Positions 20,737 to 37,172 are shown, counted from the first letter of the stretch. The stretch: 64,000 bases of DNA from Escherichia coli (GCF_003991155.1 NZ_CP031293.1); one strand, 5' to 3'. A program made the numbers and translations. Notes: a model not told the origin generated them from the sequence alone.

Positions 20737-23523
20737 TTAGTGCGCCTGATCCCAGTTTTCGCCACTCCCCACTTCCACCAGCAACGGCACATCCAGACGG
20801 GTACAGTTTTCCATCAGTTGATGAATCTGCTTCGCGACGGCATCGACATCATCTTTATGAACTTCAAATACCAGTTCATCGTGTACCTGCATGATCATAC
20901 GTACACGCGGTTGCTCAGCCTGTAGCCACGCATCAACGGCAATCATCGCCCGTTTGATAATGTCGGCGGCGGTTCCCTGCATTGGCGCGTTAATGGCTGC
21001 ACGTTCAGCCGCTGCACGACGAGCACCATTGCTGGATTTGATATCCGGCAGATACAGACGGCGTCCGTCCAGCGTTTCAACGTAGCCCTGCTCTTTCGCC
21101 TGAGCACGGGTGCGTTCCATATACTCCAGCACGCCAGGGTAGCGTTCGAAGTAAAGGTCCATGTACTTCTGCGCTTCTTTACGTGGAATGTTCAATTGCC
21201 GCGCCAGGCCGAAAGCACTCATGCCATAAATCAGACCAAAGTTGATCGCTTTCGCGCTACGGCGTTGCTCGCTGGTTACGGTTTCCAGTGGTAAACCAAA
21301 CACTTCTGCCGCCGTAGCCCGGTGGATATCTTTTCCTTCCGCGAATGCGGTCAGCAAGCCTTTGTCACGCGAGAGATGCGCCATAATGCGCAGTTCAATC
21401 TGCGAGTAGTCCGCCGAGACAATCACATAATCCTCTGGCGCAATAAACGCCTGGCGGATACGACGACCTTCTTCATTACGCACCGGAATGTTTTGCAGGT
21501 TAGGATCGGTTGACGATAAACGTCCCGTTGCGGTTACTGCCTGGTGATAAGAGGTATGTACACGCCCGGTTTTCGGGTTGATCATCAACGGCAGCTTGTC
21601 GGTGTAGGTCGATTTCAGCTTCGCCAGACCACGATACTCCAGAATCACTTTTGGCAACGGATAGTCCAGCGCCAGTTCTTCCAGTACCTCTTCCGACGTT
21701 GACGGCGCGCCACCCGGCGTTTTCTTCAGCGGTTTAATGCCCTGTTTTTCAAACAGAATGGTTTGTAACTGCTTGGTGGAAGAAAGGTTAAATTCTTCAC
21801 CTGCAATTTCATGCGCTTTCTTTTCCAGCTCAGCCAGACGCAAGGTGAGCTCTTCAGAGTGATTGTGCAGCACTTTCGGATCGATCTTCACACCGTTACG
21901 TTCAATGCGTGAAAGCACCGGCACCAGCGGCATTTCGATATTCTCGAAGACGTTCAACGGCCCTTTGTGTTTTTGCAGATCCGGCCACATTTTCAGATGC
22001 AACTGCAAGGTGACATCTGCATCTTCGGCGGCGTAACGTCCGGCTTCTTCGAGGGCAATCTGGTTAAAGGTCAGTTGATTTTTGCCTTTACCCGCAATCT
22101 CTTCAAAAGTGATGGTTTTGTGCTTCAACCAACGTTCCGCGAGGCTGTCCATATCGTGACGCCCGGCAACGCTATTGAGAATGTAGGACTCCAGCATGGT
22201 ATCAAACGCAATCCCACGTAGTTCAATGCCGTAGTTCGCCAGAATACCGCGATCGTATTTCAGGTTTTGCCCGACCTTCAGCGCCTTTTCATCTTCCAGC
22301 AGCGGTTTTAGCAACTCGAGTGCACGCTCGCGAGAGATTTGATCGGGCGCATCAAGATAATCATGAGCAACCGGAATATATGCCGCTACGCCTGGCTCGA
22401 TAGCAAAAGAAAGCCCGACCAGGTTAGCAGAGATGTTATCAAGGCTGTCGGTTTCGGTATCAAATGCAAATACCGGCGCTTTTTCCAGCTTCGCAATCCA
22501 CTCTTTCAGTGTTTCTTCATCAAGGATGGTGACGTAGTTGTCATAAGAAATCACCGTTGCCGTCACTTCTGGCGCTTCGTCTGCAACACTGGTTTCCTGC
22601 GGCCTGGCTGCGGGTTTCACCCCTTTAGCCTGTAGCCATTTGCCCGCTTCGACATCAGCAGTCCAGCGTTTGAACTCATACTTTTTGAACAGCCCTAACA
22701 ACTCTTCCGCCGCCGGTGGCTGCACTTCCAGTTGTTCACAGGTCAGCTCCAGTTCAACGTCGGTTTTAATCGTCGCCAGCTGGTATGAGAGATAAGCAAC
22801 TTCTTTGTTTTGCTCGAGCTTCGCTGCCATTGTTTTCGCGCCACGGAAGCTCAACCCAGCAATTTTTTCTGGCTCGGCATACAGCGTATCCAGCCCGCCA
22901 AGACCTTGCAGCAATGCCTGCGCGGTTTTTTCACCGACGCCCGGTACGCCAGGAATGTTATCAGAGGAGTCACCCATCAGCGCCAGGAAATCGATGATCA
23001 GTTCTGGCGGCACGCCGTACTTATTCACCACCTCTTCCGGTCCGAGGATGGTATTCGTCATGGTGTTGATAAGCGTGATATTTGGTGTCACCAGCTGCGC
23101 CATATCTTTATCGCCAGTGCTGATCAGCACCGGACGCCCGGCTTTTTCGGCTTCGCGCGCCAGAGTACCAATAACGTCGTCCGCTTCTACGCCAGAAACC
23201 GCCAGCAGCGGCAGTCCCATCGCTTTAACCATCGCGTGCAGAGGTTCGATTTGTGCTCGCAGATCGTCCGGCATTGGCGGGCGATGTGATTTGTAATGTT
23301 CAAACAGTTCATCACGAAAGGTTTTTCCCTTGGCGTCAAAGACCACCGCTGCATGCGTCGGTTTATATTGCATGATCAGACTGCGCAGCATGTTGAGGAC
23401 ACCATACATCGCACCAGTCGGCTCGCCTGCGCTGTTAGTCAGCGGGGGAAACGCGTGATATGCGCGATAAAGATAAGATGAACCATCTACAAGGATAAGT
23501 GGATTTTGGGGGATCTGAACCAT
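20737..23523 (-). CDS. polA: DNA polymerase I
   Basis: 928-aa ORF; 5'-3' exonuclease, 3'-5' exonuclease and polymerase domains. Confidence 0.97.
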   Translation of the reverse strand: MVQIPQNPLILVDGSSYLYRAYHAFPPLTNSAGEPTGAMYGVLNMLRSLIMQYKPTHAAVVFDAKGKTFRDELFEHYKSHRPPMPDDLRAQIEPLHAMVKAMGLPLLAVSGVEADDVIGTLAREAEKAGRPVLISTGDKDMAQLVTPNITLINTMTNTILGPEEVVNKYGVPPELIIDFLALMGDSSDNIPGVPGVGEKTAQALLQGLGGLDTLYAEPEKIAGLSFRGAKTMAAKLEQNKEVAYLSYQLATIKTDVELELTCEQLEVQPPAAEELLGLFKKYEFKRWTADVEAGKWLQAKGVKPAARPQETSVADEAPEVTATVISYDNYVTILDEETLKEWIAKLEKAPVFAFDTETDSLDNISANLVGLSFAIEPGVAAYIPVAHDYLDAPDQISRERALELLKPLLEDEKALKVGQNLKYDRGILANYGIELRGIAFDTMLESYILNSVAGRHDMDSLAERWLKHKTITFEEIAGKGKNQLTFNQIALEEAGRYAAEDADVTLQLHLKMWPDLQKHKGPLNVFENIEMPLVPVLSRIERNGVKIDPKVLHNHSEELTLRLAELEKKAHEIAGEEFNLSSTKQLQTILFEKQGIKPLKKTPGGAPSTSEEVLEELALDYPLPKVILEYRGLAKLKSTYTDKLPLMINPKTGRVHTSYHQAVTATGRLSSTDPNLQNIPVRNEEGRRIRQAFIAPEDYVIVSADYSQIELRIMAHLSRDKGLLTAFAEGKDIHRATAAEVFGLPLETVTSEQRRSAKAINFGLIYGMSAFGLARQLNIPRKEAQKYMDLYFERYPGVLEYMERTRAQAKEQGYVETLDGRRLYLPDIKSSNGARRAAAERAAINAPMQGTAADIIKRAMIAVDAWLQAEQPRVRMIMQVHDELVFEVHKDDVDAVAKQIHQLMENCTRLDVPLLVEVGSGENWDQAH

Positions 23524-23646
23524 AATGTCCGTGCCTGTTTATCAGATTATGGGTAAAGGATGCCACAGACAGGATGAAAACATGAGTTTTTCACCGCTTT
23601 TCGTGAAAATCTTTTGTAGATCTTCTGGATCGCTCGCAAATCGTCA

Positions 23647-23655
23647 TGTGGATAA
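23647..23655 (+). promoter_or_regulatory. DnaA box in the polA promoter region
   Basis: TGTGGATAA is the reverse complement of the consensus TTATCCACA, about 125 bp upstream of the polA ATG; a second near-match TGTGGATAG lies at 23788-23796. Confidence 0.6.
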
Positions 23656-23886
23656 CTTTGTGCATAAATTATTTACATCACTTTTAATTTATTATCATGC
23701 TTTTTACAGCATGATGTTTATCTTTGTTTTTCATGCAGTTAAAAATAAAGCCATCCCTAATAATTGAGATAATGGGATTTTTTCTAATGTGGATAGATAT
23801 GAATTATTTTTCTCCTTAAGGATCATCCGTTATTTGGGTCGTTTTCTGCTAAAATCTGCGCCTTGCGCTTCTTTAGCGCACTGTCT

Positions 23887-24819
23887 ATGGCTAACCTTTT
23901 GAATAAATTCATTATGACGAGAATACTCGCTGCGATAACCCTTTTGCTGAGTATCGTATTGACCATTTTGGTCACTATTTTTTGTTCCGTCCCGATCATC
24001 ATTGCCGGGATTGTAAAACTATTGCTACCTGTGCCAGTCATTTGGCGAAAGGTTTCGCGTTTTTGTGATTTTATGATGTATTGCTGGTGTGAAGGTCTGG
24101 CGGTATTACTGCATCTGAACCCACACCTGCAATGGGAAGTTCACGGGCTGGAAGGGTTAAGTAAGAAGAACTGGTATCTGCTTATTTGTAACCACCGTAG
24201 TTGGGCAGATATTGTCGTACTGTGCGTGCTGTTTCGTAAGCACATTCCGATGAATAAATATTTCCTCAAGCAGCAGCTGGCCTGGGTGCCATTTCTTGGC
24301 CTGGCGTGCTGGGCGCTGGATATGCCGTTTATGAAGCGTTATTCCCGCGCTTATTTATTACGTCATCCGGAGCGACGTGGTAAAGATGTTGAAACCACTC
24401 GGCGTTCTTGTGAAAAGTTTCGCCTGCATCCCACCACCATTGTCAATTTCGTTGAAGGCTCCCGTTTCACGCAAGAAAAACATCAGCAAACCCACTCCAC
24501 TTTTCAAAACTTGTTGCCACCAAAGGCGGCAGGCATTGCGATGGCGCTAAATGTACTGGGTAAACAATTCGATAAACTGCTTAATGTTACGCTGTGTTAT
24601 CCGGACAATAACCGTCAGCCGTTCTTCGATATGTTAAGCGGTAAACTGACGCGGATTGTCGTACATGTGGATTTACAGCCTATTGCCGATGAGTTACATG
24701 GCGACTACATCAATGACAAAAGCTTTAAGCGCCATTTTCAGCAATGGCTGAACTCATTGTGGCAGGAAAAAGACCGGCTTCTGACATCGTTGATGTCATC
24801 ACAGCGGCAGGAAAAGTAA
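23887..24819 (+). CDS. yihG: PlsC-family lysophospholipid acyltransferase
   Basis: ORF 23863..24819 (TTG in track); probable ATG start MANLLNKF at 23887; acyltransferase HxxxxD-type motif NHRSWADI. Confidence 0.85.
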   Translation: MANLLNKFIMTRILAAITLLLSIVLTILVTIFCSVPIIIAGIVKLLLPVPVIWRKVSRFCDFMMYCWCEGLAVLLHLNPHLQWEVHGLEGLSKKNWYLLICNHRSWADIVVLCVLFRKHIPMNKYFLKQQLAWVPFLGLACWALDMPFMKRYSRAYLLRHPERRGKDVETTRRSCEKFRLHPTTIVNFVEGSRFTQEKHQQTHSTFQNLLPPKAAGIAMALNVLGKQFDKLLNVTLCYPDNNRQPFFDMLSGKLTRIVVHVDLQPIADELHGDYINDKSFKRHFQQWLNSLWQEKDRLLTSLMSSQRQEK

Positions 24820-24823
24820 GTTT

Positions 24824-24852
24824 TACTCGCCTCTGAATGAGCAGAGGCGAGT
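24824..24852. terminator. Bidirectional hairpin between convergent yihG and yihF
   Basis: tcgcctctg-aatga-gcagaggcga perfect 10-bp stem with T-rich flanks. Confidence 0.6.
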
Positions 24853-24859
24853 GAGTATT

Positions 24860-26290
24860 TTAATGAACAAAACGTCCGGCACGAGACATAAATTCTTCTT
24901 CGCTCATCTCCTGTCCGTTAAAAACAACTTTACCCGGTGTATAACGCAGTTGCAGCGAGGCGGTATTGTTGTCAATCGTGATTAACTGCAACATCTGACC
25001 TAATGTCATCATCCCGCTGATTTGTTTATCAGCCTGCTTTTGCGCTTTTTCAGCATCCATCCCTTCAGATAAATTAAGCTGTTTTGCGGTTTCTGTGACG
25101 ACATTAAGCGGTAACTTCACATCAAAATTGAGCGATTTAATATCTTTGTTTGTGGATGATGAAGATTTGGCTGGGTCGGCAATACTGATATCCAGATTGG
25201 CATTTAGTTCGCCGAGTGCGTTCTTCCATCTTACCGGTTGTTTAATGGTCGGCTCACTTTTTTGTAATAACGGTAAATACTCTTTGAACAATGCAGCATT
25301 CACTTCTTGCAGAGCAACTTCATCGTTTGCTAACTCAGGGTGTGCAGCAAGGTGCTTCTGCATCGCAATGTTATACTGGATGATAAATTGGCGCACCGCT
25401 GAGGGATCAATAGATTCAGCAATCAATGACCACTCACCACTACCGAGTTGCTGATTCCCTTTTGTTAACTTATCAAGTTCGTAGGTCAGATTGACATTGA
25501 TATAATCTTTGTCTTTAACGCGATCCAGCATGGTTTTTGCAACGAAAGCATCGATTTGGGCAACGTCTTCCCCGTGATTGATAATGTTAATCTGATTAAA
25601 TTTCGACTCGCTTTCACCAACCGGAAATTTCTTTTCTTCTAATCGCGCCAGAGAATCAATGGTAAAACTTTTTGCCGTTACTTTGTTCATTGGTGATAAT
25701 TGCAGAACAATATCTTCGACTTTGCCTTCAATATCCAGGTTAGACAATGAACTACCATCACCATTAAAAGTAAACTGGCCCTCACCAAAAGAAAACTTTC
25801 CATACTCTGCAGGGGCAACATCTAATGTCGTAGAGAATGAGCCACCAAACGCGAATCGCAATGTCGCTTCCACGGGCGATTTATTTTTCGCGGCGATAAA
25901 TAGCGGTTGTGTCAGTTCATTATTCACTAAGTTCACTTTTGCCGCTGCCAGTGCTGGGATGACATTACCATGCATTAACATTGTGATGGGCAACGGACCG
26001 TGCTCAACATCCACATCAAATACAACTTTCTGGCCTGGCTTGATATTGAGATCGGGTGCACCGTTATCGAATGTCATTTGCATTTGAAAACGGGAATTAA
26101 AAAAGCCTTTGTCAAAGTTTTTATAACTTAACGTCATATCGTAGGCATGTTCACCTTTCTTTTTCGCATCGTTAAAATCTTTAATAAACTTTTCGACACC
26201 AGGCTGAATTTGCGTACCTGTGTACCATGTGCCACCACCCCAGATTACGGCTAACGCAACAATAACACCTGTAGCTGACTTATGTATCAT
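24860..26290 (-). CDS. yihF: DUF945-family exported protein
   Basis: 476-aa ORF with N-terminal signal/anchor sequence. Confidence 0.85.
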   Translation of the reverse strand: MIHKSATGVIVALAVIWGGGTWYTGTQIQPGVEKFIKDFNDAKKKGEHAYDMTLSYKNFDKGFFNSRFQMQMTFDNGAPDLNIKPGQKVVFDVDVEHGPLPITMLMHGNVIPALAAAKVNLVNNELTQPLFIAAKNKSPVEATLRFAFGGSFSTTLDVAPAEYGKFSFGEGQFTFNGDGSSLSNLDIEGKVEDIVLQLSPMNKVTAKSFTIDSLARLEEKKFPVGESESKFNQINIINHGEDVAQIDAFVAKTMLDRVKDKDYINVNLTYELDKLTKGNQQLGSGEWSLIAESIDPSAVRQFIIQYNIAMQKHLAAHPELANDEVALQEVNAALFKEYLPLLQKSEPTIKQPVRWKNALGELNANLDISIADPAKSSSSTNKDIKSLNFDVKLPLNVVTETAKQLNLSEGMDAEKAQKQADKQISGMMTLGQMLQLITIDNNTASLQLRYTPGKVVFNGQEMSEEEFMSRAGRFVH

Positions 26291-26395
26291 ATAAATATTC
26301 CCTGATAAAACAGCAAAACTTTAAATATCCGCTTATGCTGAAATAATGTCCAGCGGCAGGACGCATTATCAGAATGTATTTATATTTATTAAATA

Positions 26396-26425
26396 ATAAA
26401 AAAAACCCGTGAATATTCACGGGCC
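26396..26425 (-). terminator. Rho-independent terminator of dsbA
   Basis: cccgtgaatattcacggg hairpin followed by U-run on the minus strand (A-run 26396-26405 on plus). Confidence 0.75.
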
Positions 26426-26444
26426 TTATGTAATTTACATTGAA

Positions 26445-27071
26445 TTATTTTTTCTCGGACAGATATTTCACTGTATCAGCATACTGCTGAACAAAAACAT
26501 CCATATTGCTGGTATCCATACCCTGCGGATTCAGCTGATATTTACCGTTAACAAACATCGCCGGAACGCCACGCAATTGCACGTCAGCTGCAGCTTTTTC
26601 CTGCTGAGCGACCAGAGATTTGACCACGAAGCTGTTCCACGCCGCGTCGTACTCTTCACCTTTAATACCTGCGTTGATAAATACATCGCGGATATCAGAT
26701 GCTGAACGAATGGTCTGGGTTTTCTGTACGCCTTCAAACAGCGGAACAGTGACTTTGTCTTCCACGCCCAGCGCCATCGCCACAGCCCATGCCTGAGTCA
26801 GATCTTTGCCCAGGTCACCACCCATGAAGTTGACGTGGTATTTAGTCATCTTCACGCCTTCCGGCAGTTTTTTCTTCACATTATCAGAAATATGCAGAAC
26901 TTCTTCAAACTGATAGCAGTGCGGACAGAAGAAAGAGAAAAACTCCAGCACTTGCGGCGCGCCAGCTACCGGTTTTTCCAGGGTAGTGTACTGTTTACCA
27001 TCTTCATACTGCGCCGCCGATGCGCTAAACGCTAAAACTAAACCAGCCAGCGCCAGCCAAATCTTTTTCAT
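26445..27071 (-). CDS. dsbA: Periplasmic thiol:disulfide oxidoreductase DsbA
   Basis: 208-aa ORF; signal peptide; active site CPHC. Confidence 0.97.
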
Positions 27072-27087
27072 GATCTACTCTCTCCGA

Positions 27088-28074
27088 TTAATACATAGGT
27101 GTTAATTGTAAAGGGGGTTCTTGTAGAACTTTTGCCTGTTCTATAAAAGTCGCCGTTTGTCGCAGCCAGTAATCTTCCCCGGTTAACCACGGGAAATTTT
27201 TCGGGAACGCGGGATCAGCCCAACGCCGCATTAGCCAGGCAAGATAATAAACCAAACGCATGGCGCGTAAAGGTTCAATCAGTCCGATTTCAGCGGTGTC
27301 GAACTCGCTAAATTCTTCATAAGCTTCAATAATAGTTTCCAGTTGCATCCGCTGCTCGGCTTTATCGCCATTGAGCAACATCCACAAATCCTGAACGGCT
27401 GGACCATTACGTGCATCATCCAGATCAACAAACATTGGACCATCGCGCCAGAGAATATTCCCGGCGTGGCAGTCTCCATGTAGCCGCAGAACGGTGAAAT
27501 CTTCCCGCCAGTGTGCTGTAACGGCGGCGATCAGCTCATCTGTCGCTTTCAGAAATGCCGCTTTCAACCCGGAAGGTATCAGTGTAGCGTCCTCAAACAG
27601 CTTGCGAGGCTCAATGAGATATTCATTCAGACCGATGGTCGGGCGATGGATAAAAAGCTGTTTGCGCCCCGTCTGGTGCATACGCCCTAAATAACGCCCA
27701 ACCGCTTCCATCTGATCGATATTATCAGCTTCGAACTGGCGACCACCGACGCCTGGAAAAACAGCGAAATAAAATCCCTGATGATTCAATAAAGTCTGAC
27801 CGTTAAAGGCCACAGGTGCTGCGACCGGAACTTCATCATTTACCAACTGCAACGCAAATTGATGTTCTTCGAGGATTTGATCGGCTGTCCAACGTTCAGG
27901 ACGATAAAATTTGACGACAAAACGTCGACGATCTTCGTCCTGAAATTGATAGACACGGTTTTCATAGCTGTTAAGCGGGGTAAGACCGGAATCCACCCGG
28001 ATCCCTTGCTCAAACAGAGCATCCATGATGGTATCCGGGTGTAGTGTCTGGAAAGTAAAAGCGCTGTTGTTCAT
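27088..28074 (-). CDS. srkA: Stress-response Ser/Thr protein kinase SrkA (YihE/RdoA)
   Basis: 328-aa ORF; kinase-like catalytic motif HGDCHAGNILW and DLDD. Confidence 0.93.
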   Translation of the reverse strand: MNNSAFTFQTLHPDTIMDALFEQGIRVDSGLTPLNSYENRVYQFQDEDRRRFVVKFYRPERWTADQILEEHQFALQLVNDEVPVAAPVAFNGQTLLNHQGFYFAVFPGVGGRQFEADNIDQMEAVGRYLGRMHQTGRKQLFIHRPTIGLNEYLIEPRKLFEDATLIPSGLKAAFLKATDELIAAVTAHWREDFTVLRLHGDCHAGNILWRDGPMFVDLDDARNGPAVQDLWMLLNGDKAEQRMQLETIIEAYEEFSEFDTAEIGLIEPLRAMRLVYYLAWLMRRWADPAFPKNFPWLTGEDYWLRQTATFIEQAKVLQEPPLQLTPMY

Positions 28075-28150
28075 CCCATCATCCGGAAAACATTACGAAT
28101 GATGAAGGATATCATTTCACGATGATTTTGGTGGCACCGCTTACAAGCTT

Positions 28151-28420
28151 TTACTCTTTAATTACGCCGCGAGCGCGTAACAGCGCCGTTTTGAAGTCTT
28201 CTTCATAATCTTTTTGCAAACCCGGGATCACCGCATCTTTCGCGGAATCACGCATTTTCAGGTGATAGATCAGAATGTCATCCGTCAAATCCGCCAGTTC
28301 GCCGTCAAAACCTGACTCTTTCGCCAGTTTCTGCAAAAATTGCAGCAGGTTAAGGTCTGGCTCTTTTTGCCAGGCTGGCTGGAGGAGTTCAATAACTTCA
28401 TTCAGACGTTTACATTTCAT
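28151..28420 (-). CDS. yihD: DUF1040-family protein YihD
   Basis: ORF 28151..28450; start at [13 protein letters not shown] gives 89 aa. Confidence 0.85.
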
Positions 28421-28489
28421 AGTAATGCTCCTTACTCTTGAGACAGACACGTTAGCAGGGTCAATCCCACAATAAAAGAGGCGATATCG

Positions 28490-29074
28490 GTGAATCTGAT
28501 GACGACGATAACAGGCGTTGTGCTGGCGGGCGGTAAAGCCAGACGAATGGGCGGCGTAGATAAAGGATTGCTTGAATTAAACGGCAAACCATTATGGCAA
28601 CATGTCGCTGATGCGCTTATGACGCAGCTTTCTCACGTCGTGGTTAATGCTAATCGTCATCAGGAAATCTATCAGGCAAGCGGTCTGAAAGTGATTGAAG
28701 ATTCACTGGCGGATTACCCAGGCCCTCTGGCAGGAATGCTTTCAATAATGCAGCAGGAAGCGGGTGAGTGGTTTTTGTTTTGTCCGTGCGATACGCCTTA
28801 CATTCCCCATGATTTAGCCTCCCGGCTTACTCATCAGCGCAAAGATGCGCCTGTCGTGTGGGTCCACGACGGTGAACGCGATCACCCGACTATTGCTCTG
28901 GTAAACCGCGCAATTGAGCCTTTATTACTGGAATATCTGCAAGCAGGAGAACGCCGGGTTATGGCATTTATGCGTCTGGCTGGCGGTCATGCGGTTGATT
29001 TCAGCGATCGTAAAGAGGCATTTATAAACGTGAATACGCCAGAGGAGCTTGCCCGATGGCAGGAAAAACGATGA
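28490..29074 (+). CDS. mobA: Molybdenum cofactor guanylyltransferase
   Basis: 194-aa ORF with GTG start; [11 protein letters not shown] nucleotide-binding motif. Confidence 0.93.
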
Positions 29075-29583
29075 TACCGTTACTCGCCTTTGCCGCGTGG
29101 AGTGGTACTGGAAAAACTACACTGCTGAAAAAACTGATCCCGGTATTATGCGCCAGAGGGATCCGTCCGGGGCTGATTAAGCATACGCACCATGATATGG
29201 ATGTTGATAAACCGGGCAAAGATAGCTATGAGCTGCGCAAGGCTGGCGCGGCGCAAACCATCGTTGCCAGCCAGCAGCGATGGGCCTTGATGACGGAAAC
29301 ACCAGGCGAAGAAGAGCTGGATCTACATTTTCTCGCAAGTCGAATGGATACCTCAAAGCTGGATTTGATTCTGGTCGAAGGGTTTAAGCATGAAGAGATC
29401 GCAAAGATTGTGCTGTTTCGCGATGGAGCCGGACATCGACCGGAAGAATTAGTGATAGACAGGCATGTTATTGCTGTAGCCAGTGATGTGCCGCTTCATC
29501 TTGATGTCGCGTTACTGGATATTAATGATGTTGAGGGGCTGGCTGATTTTGTGGTGGAGTGGATGCAAAATCAGGACGGATAA
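29056..29583 (+). CDS. mobB: Molybdopterin-guanine dinucleotide biosynthesis adapter protein
   Basis: 175-aa ORF; P-loop GTGKTT; overlaps the mobA 3' end by 19 nt. Confidence 0.9.
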   Translation: MAGKTMIPLLAFAAWSGTGKTTLLKKLIPVLCARGIRPGLIKHTHHDMDVDKPGKDSYELRKAGAAQTIVASQQRWALMTETPGEEELDLHFLASRMDTSKLDLILVEGFKHEEIAKIVLFRDGAGHRPEELVIDRHVIAVASDVPLHLDVALLDINDVEGLADFVVEWMQNQDG

Positions 29584-29640
29584 GCAAGAGTAGGCTGGAT
29601 AAGACGCGCCAGCGTCGCATCCGGCATTTTTTTGCACCAA
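29584..29640. repeat. REP element
   Basis: ggataagacgcgccagcgtcgcatccggc. Confidence 0.65.
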
Positions 29641-29642
29641 CG

Positions 29643-29672
29643 CAAAAAAGGCCATCCGTCAGGATGGCCTTT
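29643..29672 (-). terminator. rrn operon terminator (T1-type)
   Basis: Minus strand aaggccatcctgacggatggcc followed by TTTTTT immediately 3' of the 5S gene. Confidence 0.85.
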
Positions 29673-29683
29673 CGCTTAATTTG

Positions 29684-29803
29684 ATGCCTGGCAGTTCCCT
29701 ACTCTCGCATGGGGAGACCCCACACTACCATCGGCGCTACGGCGTTTCACTTCTGAGTTCGGCATGGGGTCAGGTGGGACCACCGCGCTACGGCCGCCAG
29801 GCA
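29684..29803 (-). rRNA. rrfA: 5S ribosomal RNA (120 nt)
   Basis: Reverse complement reads TGCCTGGCGGCCGTAGCGCGGTGGTCCCACCTGACCCCATGCCGAACTCAG...GGAACTGCCAGGCAT. Confidence 0.97.
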
Positions 29804-29896
29804 AATTCTGTTTTATTAACCCGCTTGTCGCCGGTTAATTTAATCTGTATCAGGCTGAAAATCTTCTCTCTTCCGCCAAAACACCTTCGGCGTTGT

Positions 29897-32800
<2,904 letters not shown>

Positions 32801-32982
32801 TCACAACCCGAAGATGTTTCTTTCGATTCATCATCGTGTTGCGAAAATTTGAGAGACTCACGAACAACTTTCGTTGTTCAGTGTTTCAATTTTCAGCTTG
32901 ATCCAGATTTTTAAAGAGCAAAACTTCGCAGTGAACCTTTGCAGGTACACTCTGAAGTATTTTTATTTAATCACTACAGAGA

Positions 32983-33058
32983 TGGTGGAGCTATGCGGGA
33001 TCGAACCGCAGACCTCCTGCGTGCAAAGCAGGCGCTCTCCCAGCTGAGCTATAGCCCC
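32983..33058 (-). tRNA. alaT: tRNA-Ala (UGC), spacer tRNA
   Basis: Reverse complement GGGGCTATAGCTCAGCTGGGAGAGCGCCTGCTTTGCACGCAGGAGGTCTGCGGTTCGATCCCGCATAGCTCCACCA (76 nt). Confidence 0.97.
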
Positions 33059-33100
33059 ATAACATGTAGTTAAAACCTCTTCAAATTTGCGGTGCAAATT

Positions 33101-33177
<77 letters not shown>

Positions 33178-33245
33178 GTAGAGGTTTTACTGCTCATTTT
33201 CATCAGACAATCTGTGTGAGCACTGCAAAGTACGCTTCTTTAAGG

Positions 33246-34787
<1,542 letters not shown>

Positions 34788-34959
34788 AAAAGTTTGATGC
34801 TCAAAGAATTAAACTTCGTAATGAATTACGTGTTCACTCTTGAGACTTGGTATTCATTTTTCGTCTTGCGACGTTAAGAATCCGTATCTTCGAGTGCCCA
34901 CACAGATTGTCTGATAAATTGTTAAAGAGCAGTGCCGCTTCGCTTTTTCTCAGCGGCGC

Positions 34960-35140
34960 GGGGTGTGCATAATACGCTTTCCCGCTACAGAGTCAAGCAT
35001 TTTTTTGCTTTTCTCTGTTGAGATTCTCAGGAGAACCCCGCTGACCCGGCGGCGTGTTTGCCGTTGTTCCGTGTCAGTGGTGGCGCATTATAGGGAGTTA
35101 TTCCGGCCTGACAAGAGGAAATTTAAAATAATTTTCTGAC
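34960..35140 (-). promoter_or_regulatory. rRNA operon tandem promoters P2 and P1 with UP element
   Basis: Minus strand: P1 TTGTCAGGCCGGAATAACTCCCTATAATGCGCCACCACTG with upstream AT-rich UP element AGAAAATTATTTTAAATTTCCTC; P2 TTGACTCTGTAGCGGGAAAGCGTATTATGCACACC. Confidence 0.9.
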
Positions 35141-35163
35141 CGCGCATTTTTTATTCTTTATGC

Positions 35164-35709
35164 TTATTTCAGCGTCGGTTTGTCGGTTAAATGGGCGATT
35201 TCTCGGGCGAAATTCGCTACCTGCTCCCAATCGGTATAGACAACTTCTTTGCGCGTATCCGTTTCACCGCCTGACATCTTCATAATCAGTTTTATCATAA
35301 AGCGGTCGTACCAGCGGTAACGTGGATAACGCAGCGCCCCGGCAATAACCGCGCAGCGATCGGGACGCCATTGTGAACTCATCAGAAACTTCCGCGCGTA
35401 GCTGTTGGTCTGTGGAGTACGCTTCTCCGGTTTACGCGCCACAAGGTTTACGGAGTAAAAGGCGCTCGGCATCGAATTCAGCCGCGTCGCATGCTTTTTG
35501 ACAAATTCCTGGAACGCAGAGTGGTAGTGACCATAGCGAATAGAAGCACCAATGACCACACGGTCGTAGTTTTCCCACTGTGGTTCTTCAATGCGGTGCA
35601 CATTGGCGACATCCGCCTGGATCCCCAGTTCTTTCAGTTCCGAAGCCAGGTAGGAGGCAATCTCGCGCGTTTGTCCGTCCCTTGTTGAGAAAAGAATTAA
35701 TGTTTTCAC
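35164..35709 (-). CDS. hemG: Protoporphyrinogen IX dehydrogenase (menaquinone-dependent), flavodoxin-like
   Basis: 181-aa [17 protein letters not shown] flavodoxin start. Confidence 0.93.
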   Translation of the reverse strand: MKTLILFSTRDGQTREIASYLASELKELGIQADVANVHRIEEPQWENYDRVVIGASIRYGHYHSAFQEFVKKHATRLNSMPSAFYSVNLVARKPEKRTPQTNSYARKFLMSSQWRPDRCAVIAGALRYPRYRWYDRFMIKLIMKMSGGETDTRKEVVYTDWEQVANFAREIAHLTDKPTLK

Positions 35710-35720
35710 GTATTACTCCA

Positions 35721-37172
35721 TCATTCACGCCAGAAAGTCGGGGTAAAGAGCACCAGCAATGTAAAGACCTCGAGACGACCAAACAGCATGTTGGCAATCA
35801 GGATCCATTTAGCCACCGGGTTCATACTGGTAAAGTTATCAGCAACCACGCCAAGCCCTGGCCCCAGGTTATTCAATGTCGCAACAACCGAGGCAAAAGC
35901 AGAAAAGTCATCCACGCCCGTGGCGATAATCGCCAGCATACTGACAATAAACACCAATGCATAGGCGGAGAAAAATCCCCAAACGGCTTCGAGGATACGT
36001 TCCGGCAGTGCGCGATTCCCCAGCTTAATGCTATAGACGGCGTTCGGATGCACCAGTCGTTTCAGCTCACGGTTCCCCTGCTTAAACAGCAGCAGGATGC
36101 GGATCACTTTCAGGCCACCGCCCGTTGACCCGGCGCAACCGCCGATAAAAGCTGAACATAAAAGCAGTACCGGCAAAAAGAGCGGCCAGCGGGCAATGCT
36201 GTCAGTTGTAAACCCGGCGGTTGTCGCCATCGACACCACCTGGAAAAACGCCTGGTTAATTGTCATCAGCGCCGAACTGTAGACATTATGAAACCACAGT
36301 ACGAGTGTACAAATAACCACCAGTGAAAACTGTACGCCGATAAACATGCGAAATTCCGGATCGCGCCAATAAACCTTCAGACTACGCCCACTTAACAGTG
36401 AAAAGTGCAGACCGTAGTTACAGCCAGAGATCAGCAGGAAGATAGCAATGATAGTGTTAATAGTCGGGCTGTCGAAATAACCGATACTGGCATCATGTGT
36501 CGAGAAGCCGCCAATAGCGATAGTCGCAAAGCTATGGCCGATGGCATCAAAGGCATCCATTCCAGCAAACCACAACGCCAGCGCACAGGCGACGGTCAGC
36601 AAGACATAAATCAACCACAGGGTTTTCGCCGTTTCCGCAATTCGCGGGCGCATTTTGTTATCTTTCAGCGGGCCGGGCATTTCTGCGCGATAGAGCTGCA
36701 TCCCACCCACGCCGAGGATAGGCAGTATCGCAACCGCCAGCACGATGATCCCCATACCGCCAAACCATTGCAGCATCTGGCGATAAAAGAGGATGGCATG
36801 AGGGAGCGAATCCAGCCCCACCAGCGTAGTGGCCCCCGTGGTGGTCAGGCCAGAGAAAGACTCAAAAAACGCATCGGTAATCGTGAGGTTCGGGCTTTCC
36901 GAGAAGATAAAAGGGAGCGCACCGACGCTACCCAGCACGGTCCAGAACAGCACCACTATCAGAAACCCCTCACGGGATTTCAGTTCGCCCTTCTCTTTGC
37001 GGTTCGGCCACCACAGCATAGAGCCAATGGCGAGGGCGACAAAAAAGGTCTGGGTAAAAGCGCGGCCCGCTCCATCCCGGTAGATGAGTGCTACCAGCCC
37101 AGGGATAATCATGGTCCCTGAAAATAAGATGACCAGTAGTCCAACGATTCGGGTAATGGCGCGAAAATGCAT
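35721..37172 (-). CDS. trkH: Trk-system potassium uptake protein
   Basis: 483-aa polytopic membrane ORF; K+ transporter-type repeats. Confidence 0.93.
   Translation of the reverse strand: MHFRAITRIVGLLVILFSGTMIIPGLVALIYRDGAGRAFTQTFFVALAIGSMLWWPNRKEKGELKSREGFLIVVLFWTVLGSVGALPFIFSESPNLTITDAFFESFSGLTTTGATTLVGLDSLPHAILFYRQMLQWFGGMGIIVLAVAILPILGVGGMQLYRAEMPGPLKDNKMRPRIAETAKTLWLIYVLLTVACALALWFAGMDAFDAIGHSFATIAIGGFSTHDASIGYFDSPTINTIIAIFLLISGCNYGLHFSLLSGRSLKVYWRDPEFRMFIGVQFSLVVICTLVLWFHNVYSSALMTINQAFFQVVSMATTAGFTTDSIARWPLFLPVLLLCSAFIGGCAGSTGGGLKVIRILLLFKQGNRELKRLVHPNAVYSIKLGNRALPERILEAVWGFFSAYALVFIVSMLAIIATGVDDFSAFASVVATLNNLGPGLGVVADNFTSMNPVAKWILIANMLFGRLEVFTLLVLFTPTFWRE

Noticed and set aside
22805-23296. 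Two overlapping 160-aa ORFs on the plus strand inside polA
   Set aside because: Antisense to polA, no start-site support
23525-23767. 80-aa ORF in the polA-yihG intergenic region
   Set aside because: AT-rich promoter region with DnaA boxes; low-complexity hydrophobic translation, no RBS; likely spurious
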